Counted from the first letter of the stretch, positions 1-12,089 are shown. The stretch is DNA of 64,000 nt from Selaginella moellendorffii (GCF_000143415.4 NW_003314263.1:4219628-4283627); one strand, 5' to 3'. Notes: generated from the sequence alone by a model not told the origin. Program-made: numbers and translations.

Positions 1-381
1 GCCACCATCTGACTGCTCAATATTGTCGCTTGAGAAGAGGCTCAAGAGCTGAAGAAAGACATAGCCAAGCAAGTAGCCTGGAGTATAACCCCCGAAAAAC
101 TGGTGATTAAGAATATCGCAGCAGATCCAAGACCCAATGACGTTTGGGTGAGGCACCGGTGTCTGGATGGTTACCTTTGGGGGATCCGTTGGATACTTTG
201 CCGGTATCTTGACATCCAGGTGGAGCTTCAAGCCCTGATAAGGGCCGCAAAGAGGTGACAAAACCAAGCACATCCGCTGCATGTCTTGCTCATCCACAAC
301 AACGTCAATGCCCTTCAATGGCTCCTTGGCCAGATCCTTGAGATCACGGTGTAGCCGAACTTTCCATGGCGGCGTTGCCAT
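1..381 (-). CDS. Ubiquitin-conjugating (E2/UBC) domain protein, 5' part; runs off the window edge
   Basis: Hand translation from ATG 381 (not in the ORF track): MATPPWKVRLHRDLKDLAKEPLKGIDVVVDEQDMQRMCLVLSPLCGPYQGLKLHLDVKIPAKYPTDPPKVTIQTPVPHPNVIGSWICCDILNHQFFGGYTPGYLLGYVFLQLLSLFSSD. It has the E2 RLxxDL helix, GPY, YPxxPP, HPN motif and catalytic Cys region. Confidence 0.85.
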   Translation of the reverse strand, partial: MATPPWKVRLHRDLKDLAKEPLKGIDVVVDEQDMQRMCLVLSPLCGPYQGLKLHLDVKIPAKYPTDPPKVTIQTPVPHPNVIGSWICCDILNHQFFGGYTPGYLLGYVFLQLLSLFSSDNIEQSDGG

Positions 382-475
382 GGTTAGGGCTTAAGAAGGT
401 TTAGGGTATGGGGTTTATGATATCCAAAGGTTTGATATGAATATAAACATTAAGATGAAATCATCCCTATGCCTT

Positions 476-547
476 GCCTTTGTAGCTCAGTGGTAGAGCG
501 CCAGTCTTGTAAACTGGAGGTCCAGAGTTCGATCCTCTGCGGAGGCA
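476..547 (+). tRNA. trnT-UGU: tRNA-Thr(UGU), intronless
   Basis: Cloverleaf: GCCTTTG/CGGAGGC acceptor stem, GCTC/GAGC D-arm, CCAGT-CTTGTAA-ACTGG anticodon arm, CAGAG-TTCGATC-CTCTG T-arm; T-run Pol III terminator at 549-553. Confidence 0.95.
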
Positions 548-695
548 ATTTTTATCGCATTTTTAGACTTTCCCGCCAATCCACGTGTCAAGCAAAGAGC
601 ATTCTTAAATTTTTTATCCTTGGCCCTTATAAAAGAAGAGCGCAGTGGATCAGAAAATTAGGGTTCTTGGGCGGCATTGTTTTGGATTTCCAGAG

Positions 696-1350
696 ATGAT
701 GCGTCGGGCGATCAATCGGGGCAACAGCGCCGCTGTGCCGGCCACTGTAGCGGCATCGGCAACATTTGTGAGTAATCCAATCCCTCCTGTCGGGCTTCCT
801 CTCTCCCTCGATCTAGTGCTTCTCTGCTAGCAAATTGGGGGGATTTTGCCTGGAATCGCTGCATGCCGGGGCTGGATTTGTTTGCCCGGAGAAATCAGAC
901 TGTCCGTTTTGCCCCCTCTATATGCAGATGTGCTCCAGATTTCGCTATGGCGCATTGTGGTTGAGTGACCTTGGATGGGTACGACCCCCTTGCATTGCAT
1001 GGCCTCCCACCAAAGCGTGTTTGCCTGGTCAATTCTCCTAGATCTCTCTTGTTCTTCCTTTCTTGCCTCTCTAAACCCGATCTTCTTCTTTTTCTTAGAT
1101 GAGGTTCTTCAAGCCGTGCGCCGCGTCTAGCGCCCAGCAAGCGGCGGGCAGCACTCCAAGCTCCTCGGACAAGGAGCCATCGTCGAGAGAGGGCTTCGTG
1201 CACACCCCATCGCTGGAGAAGGAGATGAAGACCAAGGACATCTTCAATGCCGCCAAGCGCAAGGAAGCGGAGGCCGCCGCCGCCGCCGCCGCCGAGAAGA
1301 GCAAGGAACGAGCCGGCGCTGCGGCCTATGGTACTGCGCAGCACAAGTAG
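696..1350 (+). CDS. Small unknown protein (~107 aa, two exons 696-767 and 1099-1350)
   Basis: GTGAGT donor at 768 and pyrimidine-rich TTCTTAG acceptor at 1098 join in frame (MMRRAINRG...ATF|MRFFKPC...QHK). N-terminus is Arg/Ala/Ser-rich, like an organelle presequence. No family recognised. Confidence 0.55.
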
Positions 1351-1974
1351 GAGGATTGGGCGTCGCTCTGGCGCACAGTCCCACAGGTTTGGAGTGATTT
1401 CCTTCGCTCGTTTGATATCGACGAAAACAGGTAGAACTCTAGTACTGCTCTCTTTCTTTCTAGGTGGTGGTGGTGGAATCATTTAGGTGGTGAAGCTCGG
1501 CTCAGCTCACCGCAAGGATTGTCTCTCTCGATCGATCTCTGCGAGCTAGAGAGGCACAAGAAAAGAGAAAAACTTAAAAAGAGTGGATTTGTATATGTAT
1601 AGCTCCTGTTTTTGGGACTTGGGATCAATCAATCAGTAGACTTTGGTGGATGATGAACTTTTCTTTCTACAGTCGTATCGTACTACATCAAGATCGAATC
1701 TATCTCTATTATTTGATCGAGCTATGAAAGTTTCGGTATCTATCACTCACGGATCACGCACTACAGTGGCTTTTGCTCGCTCTCTCTCCAGCGTTGTCAA
1801 TCAGTGTGTCTGGAATGGAGGCATCAATAATGTCGTGTCGTGTGGATGTAGACATGCGCAGATTTACATGATTGATTGACTGGCTCTTGCGATTAGAAAA
1901 AATCAAGGACGAGAATGATTTTTTTTTTGCTTTTGTTTCACAAGCTCGAGGCTCTTCTCTCTCATTCAGTCTAT

Positions 1975-3969
1975 TTACATGTTGGCCAGAAGAACAAGAA
2001 GACCAGCGTGCTCGCTCTCCACGGCAATGCTCGCCACCTTTCTCGCGCGCTCCGCATCGTTATGGACTTTGCAAGCGCTGAGGAGCGACACCCACGCAAC
2101 CACGCATGGCTCGAATGGCATCGTTTTCACCACCTCCTCCGCCTCGTCCACCAGCCCGGCTCGTCCCAGCAGATCGATCACGCACAGGAAGTGATCCGCA
2201 GTTGGAGTCGCGAAGTAGTCCCCCGCGATGGAGACGAAGAGCAGCAGTCCTGTTTGGAAGATCCCACCGTGGCTGCAAGCTGCGAGAACGACGATGAAAG
2301 TCACTGCGTCGGGATGGAAGCCTTCGTGATCCATCTTCGCGAACAGCTCCAGCGCCTGGAGCTCGTTCCCGGCGCCCGCGTACGCCGCAAGCATTGCGTT
2401 CCACGACACGACGTTCTTGTTAGCCATGGCGTCGAAGAGGACCCGAGCTTCTCCCAGGCTCCCGCAAGACCCATACATGTTGATGAGCGAGTTCCACACC
2501 ACGGGGTCTCTCGCCACATCGCTGCTGCTCGACACCTCCTCGTGCAAATGCCGGCCCTCTCGCAGCGACGAGGAGCTCGCGCACGCGTCGATCACGCACG
2601 CGAAAGTTATCTCGTCGGGACGAGCGCCTTCCAGATCCATCCTGAGGAACAGCCTCACCGCCTCTTTCTCTTGCTGTTCTTGCTGCGAGTAGCCAGTGAT
2701 GACCGTGTTCCACGACACAGTGTTCCTGGAAGGCATTCTCTCGAACAGAGCTCGGGCTTCCTCCATGTCTCCGGCCTGGGCATACGCGGTTACCACAGCG
2801 TTCCACGAAGCGGTACTCTTTACCGGCATTCGATCGAACAGAACTCTTGCTTCTGTCAGGTTCCCGTTTTGAGCGTAGCCGGCGATCATCGCGTTCCACG
2901 ACACGACGTTCCTGTGAGGCATACTATCGAAAAATTCCCTCGCCTTGCTCAGCTGTCCGTCTTGGGCATAGGCCGTGACCATTGCAGTCCAAGATACTAC
3001 ATCTCGCTGTTGCATCTGGTTGAAGAGATCCATTGCCTCTTTCAGCTGGCCTGCGCTCGCGTACGCGACCACCATCGTCGTCCAGGTCGCGGAATCCTTT
3101 TTCGCCATGCTATCAAACAGTGCTCTCGCTTCTCTCAAGTTTCGATGTTGGGCATATGCTGCAACCATTGCATTCCACGACACGATGTTTCTATCGGGCA
3201 TTATCTCGAAATGTAGTCTCGCATTATCAATCTCACCAGCTTGTATGTATGCTTTCAGCATCGCTGTCCACGAAACAACGTTCTTCCGCGGCATACTTGC
3301 AAACACGGCCTTTGTCTCACCAAGATCACCCCTCGAGGCATATGCGGAGAGAATGGTAGTCCACGAAACTACGTCTGGCGTGGGCATGCTCTTGAACATT
3401 ACGTGAGCTTGATCCATATCCCCGGCTTCACAGTAAGCGGCGAGCATTGTGTTCCAAGTCACAAGGTTCGGGCATGGCATCGCCTCAAACAATGTCCGAG
3501 CATCCTCCAGATGCCCGTTCTTGGCATATGCTGCGATCATGGCATTCCAAGAGACAGCAGTGGGTCTTGGCATAGCGTCGAAGACCACTTTGGCGTCGCT
3601 AGCTTGGCCATTCCGCGCGTACGCAGTGATCATTGCATTCCAGGACACGGCGTTCTTCTCGGGCATGGAATCAAAGAGCCGCCGCGCTTCGCCCAAATGC
3701 CCGTTGTGGGCATATGCGGCAATGAGGATGTTCCAAGAGAAGAGATTCGGCGCCGCGATGGAATCAAAGGCCCGGCGAGCCTCCTCCACGCTGCCGCATT
3801 TGCCGTACATGCCCACCACCAGATTGGAGACGTAGCGGTCCGAGAAGTGGCCGGTGTCGACAATGTGAGCGTGGATCCGGCGGCCCTCGGCGAGATCTCT
3901 GGCCTCGCCGCATCGCTTGAGCCGCGACGCATACACATCCTGCTGCTCCACCGAGATCGCGGTGGACAT
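1975..3969 (-). CDS. PLS-class pentatricopeptide repeat protein with E domain (probable organellar RNA-editing factor)
   Basis: 664 aa intronless ORF; many 31-aa S-type repeats (VSWNAMIAAYAQxGxLxEARxLFDxMP); ends in E-domain sequence (MPFEPCVVAWVSLLSACKVH...LLANM); no DYW. Confidence 0.93.
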   Translation of the reverse strand: MSTAISVEQQDVYASRLKRCGEARDLAEGRRIHAHIVDTGHFSDRYVSNLVVGMYGKCGSVEEARRAFDSIAAPNLFSWNILIAAYAHNGHLGEARRLFDSMPEKNAVSWNAMITAYARNGQASDAKVVFDAMPRPTAVSWNAMIAAYAKNGHLEDARTLFEAMPCPNLVTWNTMLAAYCEAGDMDQAHVMFKSMPTPDVVSWTTILSAYASRGDLGETKAVFASMPRKNVVSWTAMLKAYIQAGEIDNARLHFEIMPDRNIVSWNAMVAAYAQHRNLREARALFDSMAKKDSATWTTMVVAYASAGQLKEAMDLFNQMQQRDVVSWTAMVTAYAQDGQLSKAREFFDSMPHRNVVSWNAMIAGYAQNGNLTEARVLFDRMPVKSTASWNAVVTAYAQAGDMEEARALFERMPSRNTVSWNTVITGYSQQEQQEKEAVRLFLRMDLEGARPDEITFACVIDACASSSSLREGRHLHEEVSSSSDVARDPVVWNSLINMYGSCGSLGEARVLFDAMANKNVVSWNAMLAAYAGAGNELQALELFAKMDHEGFHPDAVTFIVVLAACSHGGIFQTGLLLFVSIAGDYFATPTADHFLCVIDLLGRAGLVDEAEEVVKTMPFEPCVVAWVSLLSACKVHNDAERARKVASIAVESEHAGLLVLLANM

Positions 3970-4193
3970 CCACCATAAGCCAGCCCTAGATCCAATCCGA
4001 CGGCGCCCATTTGTGCGCCAGCAAAGCTATGAATTCTATTGCCAATTGGTATGATCGCGAATCGCGACGCTGCGAAGAACAGGCCAAAGTCGACCGGAAT
4101 CGCCAAAGTTCTTGGGTAAAACTGCAAAACAAAGCCACAAAACTACAAGCAAGAGGCCAGTATATATCGCCACCTCCGCGGCATCTCTGAATC

Positions 4194-5012
4194 ATGTCGA
4201 TGGCACGGAGGAGGCAGCTCCTTCTCGTCGTGCTATTCTCAGTCTTCCTCTTGCAGCTCTTGCATTTGGCCGAATCCAATCACAAGCACGGCCACGGTCG
4301 AAGAGGATGTGGGAAGACATGCAAATCCACGGCCAGCTGCAAGAAGGGGCTCGTGTGCTTACAAGGTGAATGCAAGGATGATCCAGACAAGGAGACCACC
4401 ATCTGCAACAAGAACAAGAACAAGAAGAAGAAGCAGCCCAAGAATCCATCAGATCCTCCTTCTTCTCCCCCGGAGATCGAAGCCCCGCCGCCGCCACTCG
4501 AGCCAGCTCCTGGCCAAGGGCAGTGCCGAGCCTCGGGATTCCTCCATGCTCCAAAGAGCTCCAAGGGATGCAAGGATTGCTGCCAGGTCGGGAAATCCTA
4601 CCCGCAGTTCAAGTGCTCGCCTCCGGTGACAAAGTTCACGAAGGCGATTCTCACCGTGAACGATTTCCAGCCGGGAGGGGACGGCGGCGGCGCCTCCGAG
4701 TGTGATTCCAAGTTCCACTCCAACAACGACTTGGTGGTGGCGCTCTCCACCGGATGGTTTGCCAAAGGGAAGCGTTGTGGGCGATTTGTGATCATCCATG
4801 CGCCCAGCGGCAAGAGCGTCCGGGCGAGAGTGGTGGACGAGTGTGACTCTCTTCGTGGCTGCGACGCCGAGCATGGATTCTATCCGCCATGCCAGCCCAA
4901 TCTGGTGGATGCATCGCCCTCAGTTTGGCGCGCGCTGGGGGTCTCGAAAAATAGCGATAAGTTTGGCTGGATGGACATTACTTGGTCGGATGCGCAGGGC
5001 GCCTCGGATTAA
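4194..5012 (+). CDS. Kiwellin / ripening-related protein with N-terminal kissper-like Cys domain
   Basis: Signal peptide; Cys-rich CGKTCKSTASCKKGLVCLQGECKDDP; DPBB core TKAILTVNDFQPGGDGGGASECD...VVALSTGWF...VVDECDS...VDASPSVWRALG...DITWSDA. Confidence 0.92.
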   Translation: MSMARRRQLLLVVLFSVFLLQLLHLAESNHKHGHGRRGCGKTCKSTASCKKGLVCLQGECKDDPDKETTICNKNKNKKKKQPKNPSDPPSSPPEIEAPPPPLEPAPGQGQCRASGFLHAPKSSKGCKDCCQVGKSYPQFKCSPPVTKFTKAILTVNDFQPGGDGGGASECDSKFHSNNDLVVALSTGWFAKGKRCGRFVIIHAPSGKSVRARVVDECDSLRGCDAEHGFYPPCQPNLVDASPSVWRALGVSKNSDKFGWMDITWSDAQGASD

Positions 5013-5385
5013 AATTCTGTCCTTCGTGAACAATAGAATAATACAACTCAATTATAATATAATTGATTTTATTAATATTTACTAGTCTTTAGAGCAATGC
5101 AATGGCCACCATTTTTTTATAGCAGCAGCACAAGCTGATCGTCTAAAGAGTTTTCTAAGAAATCTAACCAATATCTGCTTGTGGAGCTTTGATCTTCCCA
5201 CGCCCCAATTTTATTCTCACACTTCTGTGTGATTTTTACGACTTTACCTCACTTTTTTTGCTTGGTGTTGGCTGCTTGTAGTTGTCTCTTTTAAAGCATG
5301 GAGAGATCCTTCCCTTCTTCCTGGAAACCTTAGCTTTCTTCTTACCTTTTCTTTGTTACCAGCCTAGGACTTGGTAACTGCGTTT

Positions 5386-6740
5386 TTACCCTCTAGCTTC
5401 ACCCAAAGTCAAACCACTGCCCAAGTGTGACCTGTGTGGAGTCCCTTTCCTCGCTCGTTGCCTGCCAGGGAAAATCCCCTCCGTCCACGTCACCACCTGA
5501 GGCGGTGTGGACGGGCAGATCCCCACCAGGCCCAACCGCTGTTGGGACATTTCTCCATCTCCATGCTCTTCTTCCTCGAACTCCTTTTCCTCCATAACGT
5601 TTTCCGTTTTCTCTCCTCGATCGGCCGCCTCCTCTACTGGCAGATCAGCTGGAGCGCTGGGCGCATTGTTTGGCGTAGCGATCTTCTCCTGATCGCCGGG
5701 CGTGGGCGTGGCTAGTAGTTCCTGGTGCTGCTGGGATTGGATTTGCTGCGTGTCCAGCTTGAGCTTCTTCCTGGATCTAGATCTCTTGTGAGACACGCCG
5801 TCTTCCGGGTAGACCCGGTGGTTTCCATTGCCGACTTGGGGCTTTGGCTGGACCGTGAAAGTGAGATCGTTGTGCTTGCTGATGCCTTGGAGCTGCACAG
5901 TGAGATCGAAGAAGAAGAAGAGTTTTGGAAAGAATTTGGTGTTGGGCTGCCTACCTTGCATCCCAGCGAGCAGTAGCGGAAGCTCTCGTTGAGGCTCCTC
6001 TCGCAAATCTCGCAAGTCTTGGTGACGCCCTTGGCGAGCTTGGTCTGGGGCCTGCCGTTGAGGAACACCACCCGGGCGCTGTTGATGATGTAGGATTGAA
6101 TGCCGCTCAAGTCGAGCACCTTTTGGATCTCTGACACGCGAATCACGTCGTGGTAGGACGATCGACGAATCTGTACATAGAAAGAAACCCACTGTCAGGC
6201 ATTATATACAAGGCTTCCCTTGAACTCTCTCGATCAATGTCCACCATATCCATATCGGGCAATTGCCCATCTCGGGTAGCCGATCACTTTCGTCTCGGAC
6301 ACCCGAACAACCAAAGAAGTTTCTTTTCATCGCTTTTGCGTACCTGCACGACGTGGTGATTCTTGTGGCAGAATGTACAGCCAAAACAGAGTGGCTCGTC
6401 CATGCAATCCAGGCAGTAGAGGTTGCATTCGATTCGAGCGGCGCTGGTCGACGCGGCGGTCTCGCCAGCGGCCGGGGACGAGCTGGAGGAGCTGTGATTG
6501 TTGCAGGGCTCGAAGAACTTGGCGGAGATGAGGGGCTTGAGCCAAGGGGGGCAAATTGGATAGCTCTTGTGCTGGGCCACCTGGAAATTGGGCAAGAAAT
6601 TCGATCAATTCCCTCCAGGCATTGGCTCCACAGAGTTGAAATTCATAGAATTCATCGCAATCAGGATGCATGGTCACACTCCAAGCACAAACCAACTGCA
6701 ATTGGACCGATCAATCATGCAAAGAAGAAGAATTTACCAT
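5386..6740 (-). CDS. PLATZ zinc-binding transcription factor (multi-exon)
   Basis: Exons encode [33 protein letters not shown]|[55 protein letters not shown] and C-terminal RKGTPHRS. The start (ATG 6740 followed directly by GT) is approximate. Confidence 0.88.
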
Positions 6741-9169
6741 TCTCTTCCTCTCCAGGCTCTGTAGTGTCGAATTCCAGGTTCCAAGTGCTCTGCTGGTAAG
6801 AATTGCTCGAGCCCGCAAGAGGGCTGGGCCGAGATACAATGCCGTCACTACTCACCAATTGTCACAGCCCAGATGCATTGCGCAATGGAGCATCGCCGTG
6901 CGAATCAAGAGCACGAAATGCAAGTCTTGCGGTGCAAGAAATTCCTTGCGATTTGTTTACAGCGAAAGCGGCCCGGGAACGAAGCAATCACACTTATCAG
7001 TAGCTCGCACTCCAATTCATTCACACAGCCCTCGGCATGGAATGGGAAATTCGGGGCGACAAGCCATGGAAATCGGTCTGGGCGAGAGGAAGAGAAAAGG
7101 TTTGATGAAGCAAAGGTGTTTAAAAAGAGCTCCAGAGACGGTCGCGGCATCTCCGAAAAACCAACGGCCCAGATGCGTCCGGATCCAACGGCGGGAGATG
7201 TGCCTAGATTTTACAGTATGACATGGGGGGCGTGCTGACGTGGGCCAGTCACGCGTGCGCATTATGGACTCAAATAATTGGCGGAGCGATTTAATATCTC
7301 ATGGTTTTACCCATGGCTATGAATTTAATCAAAGATATATCTGTGGTTTAGTGGCCCCGCAAAGGTTGTAGTCTTGCTCTTGTTGTGCACATTACATGGA
7401 GAATTTGGGGGGAATTTTTTCTGGATAGGTGTAACTTTGGTTTGGTCGTGCTCGTAGCTAGGCCGGTTGGATTCGTGAAAGAGGACTTTATTTTAATTTT
7501 TTTCTAGACGTATATACCACCTTATCATCAACAAAGTTGGGTTAATTAGATGCAATGAAATTAAGCTTTACCAAGATTTTTTAGCTACGAGGAAGAAAAG
7601 CTTGGCTTTCACTACCCTCTAAGTGACTGGTGCGATGTTGAATTTCTTGTAGCGAATAAGATCTGCCTAAGAAGATTCCCAGCTGATTTGGTTTGCGACT
7701 TGTTTAAACTTTAGTTAATCCGGGGTCCCCTCCCCCCACCACCAGTGTATAATCTTTTCTTTGACGATCTATGTGCTCCATGATTGCTCCTGGGATCCAA
7801 GAACAAAACCAAAGAGGAGCGAGCATTTCCTCTTCCTTGACTGGATCCTCAAACAAAAGTTGCCACTGCTGCCTGTGTTGTGCTTCACGTTTCTTTGCCT
7901 GCTCACCAGTTTAAAGCATTGTATCTGTGTGCGTTCTTGGTGAAAAAAACTGACCGGACGGATACGATTCCAACTTGGCCCAGCGCAGCAATATAAAATC
8001 AAAGAATATTTCAGACCTGCAACGTCACCCAAAGCGAAAATCAAAAGCTTGGGTTAGTTGATTCCCAAAGAAGAAGTAGCCATCCCTTTCAAGTGGACTA
8101 ACTCACTCCGCCACTAACTCTCATACTTTGCGCTGAGCTGAGCCGAGCCGGGCTCTCGAGAGGGAGAGCTTTTGTGTGGTAGCATATCCACCAACTAGAG
8201 GCATAAACAAGATGGGCGGAATCAAAAGCTTTGTCATACGGAAAGGCAGCCGTACCTCTGAAAGGAGCGATGAGCGAGCAAAGCACGCTTAGTGTACACT
8301 TGTCTCTCGCTCCTCTCGTCGAGCGAGCACTCGCGAGCTGACTGATTGATTGAGGCCCCGAGATGGAAATGAGCTGCTGCGTGATCTCGTTGATCTCGTT
8401 GGGTGGAGATTCTTGTGAGAGAAACAAAAGGTTGTTCCATCGGGCCAAGGGCGGGTGGCGGTTGCTATAGTTTGATCCCAACACGACAAAGCGCCACCTC
8501 CGAAAGCAAGCCAAACCGACTGTGCCGTGCTTGGAAAGCGTTGTCCCTCGAGCCACCTACAAGCGTACAGCGTTAATATATACGTTTTCTCGGAATTCCT
8601 CTGTGCCCCACCTTTGCAAAGCCAGAAGAAGTATAGCGAGCCAGGCCCACGACTTGTTAACATCAGCCTCCACAAACCAACACAGCGCCCTCGCCCTCTC
8701 AAGCATATCTTGTGATAATGCTTCGCAGTGGTCGAGAGAAATCGAGTTCGTGACAAAGAAAAGCGGAAGGGATTGACCATCCTCTTTCCTCCTCCTCCTC
8801 CTCTTCCTCCTTTTCTCGACCGCTAGTGGGTTTTTGATGATCCACTACATATGGTTTTGACGTTGGCTCCACATGAAGAAAGTTAGAGAAGACAAAAGGG
8901 AATGACGCTATACTAGAATACGTACACATCACGTAGTGATCTCAGTTTTCCATTTTTGTAACACAGTGATCTGAGTGGCCCCTGTACCTGTTCGAGCACG
9001 CAAAAAAGAGTATTGTTACGCTTAGAAGACTAGATACAGAATCTCGTACCTTGCAAAAGAGTGCAATGCACACAGTGAAATCTGCGTGAGATGCCCCTCG
9101 ACATTCATATCCTCTCCTTGGTAAATACTGTGACAACGTGATCTGGAAAAGTCAGCTCTATCTCGTCAC

Positions 9170-9745
9170 CAGCATCAACTCAAAACAATGTCAACACTGA
9201 GAGCAAGGGAATCAACTGCTTCTTTGAAAAATTCAAGCACTATCAGGGATCGAATCACCACCTCGCACTTCTGGAAAAGCCTCTATCCGCAGGACCTGGA
9301 ACACAGCCCTTCAAAGTTGTCAAGTATCACTGTCTTTCACCGCACCTCTACTGAGCTAAAAAGCATGCCTTGTGAGTGAGAGAGAGAGAGGGAGTACGAC
9401 GGCATCATCCATATCGCGAAACAAACACGCAAAGGAAAGACCTTATTCACCGGATTTTTTCTTTCGCAATGCACGATGAAAGAAACTCTCCTCTGACACG
9501 TAACACATCTTCGGGTATTTTTTCCTGATCCTGTGCAACTTAAACACTGGGAAGCTAGTGCAAAGCCACCGGCTGGATCAGGGAGGGGCTCGCAAGGAAA
9601 ACAGAGGCACCAAATCCATGGAGGAGCATCGCAGGGAACTTTCCAACCTCGCTGCGATTACGAGAGAGCTAGATAATTCCAATCAAGTAGCTAAGAACAT
9701 TGGCAAGAAAATACCTTGTGTGGCTATGATCTTGGGATCGATGGC
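9170..9745. pseudogene. Decayed, deletion-riddled direct duplicate of parts of the alpha/beta hydrolase locus
   Basis: 9170-9520 resembles 10240-10530, and 9605-9745 resembles 11670-11830 (shared GGCACCAAATCCATGGAGGAG.ATCGCAGGGAACT). Confidence 0.65.
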
Positions 9746-10447
9746 TCCACATTCACGATACCCCTATAAATATTTTAGGGCTCTTGCTTAGTCGGTTGAT
9801 AAAGTGGAAGTCAAGCTGAATTGGAACGATTGACATGCAATCACGAGGTACTTTGCCACAGGGATTGGGCATGAGAGCGTGTTCTATAGCTCTTGGGAAA
9901 TCTGGTCTCCGCACTGGAAGCCGGGGTTTATCCATGACTACTGTTTTTGGAAAGACGCAGGATGATTTCGGTCCCAAGGTGTGCACTCTAGGTAACAGAG
10001 ACAATTTCCGGCTGAAGTTTCCATTCAGCTCAAATGTTCAACCAGAGCGAGTGGGATTTATATGAACTTCAACAGCATTCTTCTGGATCTCGTCATTAGA
10101 GAGTATGAAAGGAACCATATTGATGTCGAAATTGAGTTGCTTGTAAATCCCAACTTTACAAAGAATGTAAAATGAAGTCTGTGTGAGTTACCAGTTCTTG
10201 CTCAATACTGTGATCTGGGTAAGCTGTATCTCATCACTAGCATCAACATCAAACAGTGGAACTCAACTAGAATCACCATTTCACACTTGTAGACAAGCGT
10301 CTCTCCGCAGAACCTGGAACACAATCCTTCAAGTATCACTGTCTTGCAAGAAAAAGTATACCTTGTGTGTGAGAGCGAGTGGGAGAGGGACAACAGCTTC
10401 GTCCATCTCGTACCTCAAAGGCGAAACAAACACGCAAAGGAAAGACC

Positions 10448-12089
10448 TTATTCACCACATTTTACTTTTGCAATGCTCGATGAAATGAACTCTCCTACGA
10501 CACGTAAAACTTCTTCGGGTGTCTCTTCGTGAGGCAAGTGTCCGCACTCTTTGATCTTGTGAAACGTAGACTTGGGAAACACTTTGGCGAGCTTTTCTGC
10601 GTTCCAAGCAGGGACCAAACGATCTGTGTCTCCCGTTACTATCAGAACTGACGGGCGAGAAAACCAATTACGGCATGGATCATTTTAAACAAGAAATATA
10701 CGTACCTGGACATGAGATTTCTTCAATCTTCTCGGCTAGTTTCCTTCCCTTTTTGTCTCTGGTTGACAACATGGCTATAACGTACTCTAGCAACGCTTGG
10801 TCCCAGTTCCTACATCCCAAGGGCTATAGAAACAATCCTATGATTAAAGTGTTTCCTGAAACATAAGGTGACTCACCTTGGTGTAGCCTTGAATGATAGA
10901 GTTATTAACCATCTGTGGATTGTACCAAGCAAAACGCACTGCCTCCCTCGAGTATCTATCCATTATCTGCTGTATCTGTTTTGAAACGAAAGCACATGAG
11001 TTAGAAGGATGAATGTAATCGTAGTTTGAAATGGTAAACCATCCAGATAGCAGCCTTTGATCTGAGTGCCGCGGCTAAAACTCCCGCGAAGATGTTGGCC
11101 ACCAGTTCTTTCAAACTTTGAGTGAAGCGCTTTAGCTTGGAGTAAAGCTCGAGAGCAACAGCACGCAGTCCCAGAAAGAGACTGGTGACGAGCTTGACAA
11201 GCAAGCGAGCACGAGACAGCGAGCCGGGATTCCGTTCCAGATGCTCTTCTTTCCGAGTTTCTCGTCCTTGTCGTCGTCGCAGTTTCCCCATGAAAGGCGC
11301 AGCTATGGCAGGAGCTAGCATCACAATCCCGGCAATTCGCTCTGGAGCTTTAAAGTACGTATCGGCAGCGACAATGCATCCAGCAGAGTGCCTGCATAGA
11401 TGGAATCAGCACTTTTCTTCTCGCAAGAAAAGAAAAGAAAAAAGAGAGAAGAACGTACCCGACCAATATCACTTTGTCTGCCCCTAGAAAATCAATGAAA
11501 GCCGCGGCGATAGATGCCGAGAAATCCAGACTATACGGGTTCTCTTTCGCGGCACTTGGTTGAATCCTAGGCCGGGAAGTTAGTCCAAAGCCTGGCCGAT
11601 CAAACGCCACCACGGTTGATGCTAACACCTTGGCCAAAGGCTGCATCAGACGCTCCCACGAAAAAATCGAGGCACCAAATCCATGGAGGAGTATCGCAGG
11701 GAACTCTCCAGCCTCGCCAGCGCTGCGTCCACGCGAGAGCTAGATCGATAGTTATTCCCGTTGTCATCAAATCAAGTAGCGAGAAGAAAATACCTGATGT
11801 TTCCTGGGGATCCATCCCTGGCGATGATCTTGTAGTGCACCTGGACTCCATTGTACTCCGCGAATCGGCTGCTCGGATCTGCTAGAAGCCATGGCTCCAT
11901 GAGCACAGCCTGATCCACACCCGCGATACTCCTCGATCGCTTCTTGCGCTCCCACAATTCATCGCCTGGATCTGCCGCGGCGGACGACAAGGAGCATCTG
12001 GCGATCCAAGCGCCACGCCAGCGCGCGGCGCCTTGGAGCTGGAGATTTTGAAAGCGAGGAAGCGCAATGCAGTGGAGGAAGAGCGCCAT
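10448..12089 (-). CDS. Alpha/beta-fold hydrolase (multi-exon)
   Basis: LLHGFGASIFSW, AFDRPGFGLTSR, VILVG|HSAG nucleophile elbow, VLIVTGDTDRLVP and CGHLPHEE, split by short GT-AG introns. Confidence 0.88.

Noticed and set aside
469-699. 76-aa ORF over the tRNA
   Set aside because: Explained by the tRNA-Thr gene.
1915-3978. Long plus-strand ORFs (433 aa, 245 aa) opposite the PPR gene; likewise those opposite 40666-42879
   Set aside because: Antisense shadows of GC-rich coding sequence; no motifs.
7760-9140. Several short ORFs between PLATZ and the hydrolase relic
   Set aside because: No recognisable motif or consistent exon chain; could hide a non-coding or novel gene but not supportable.
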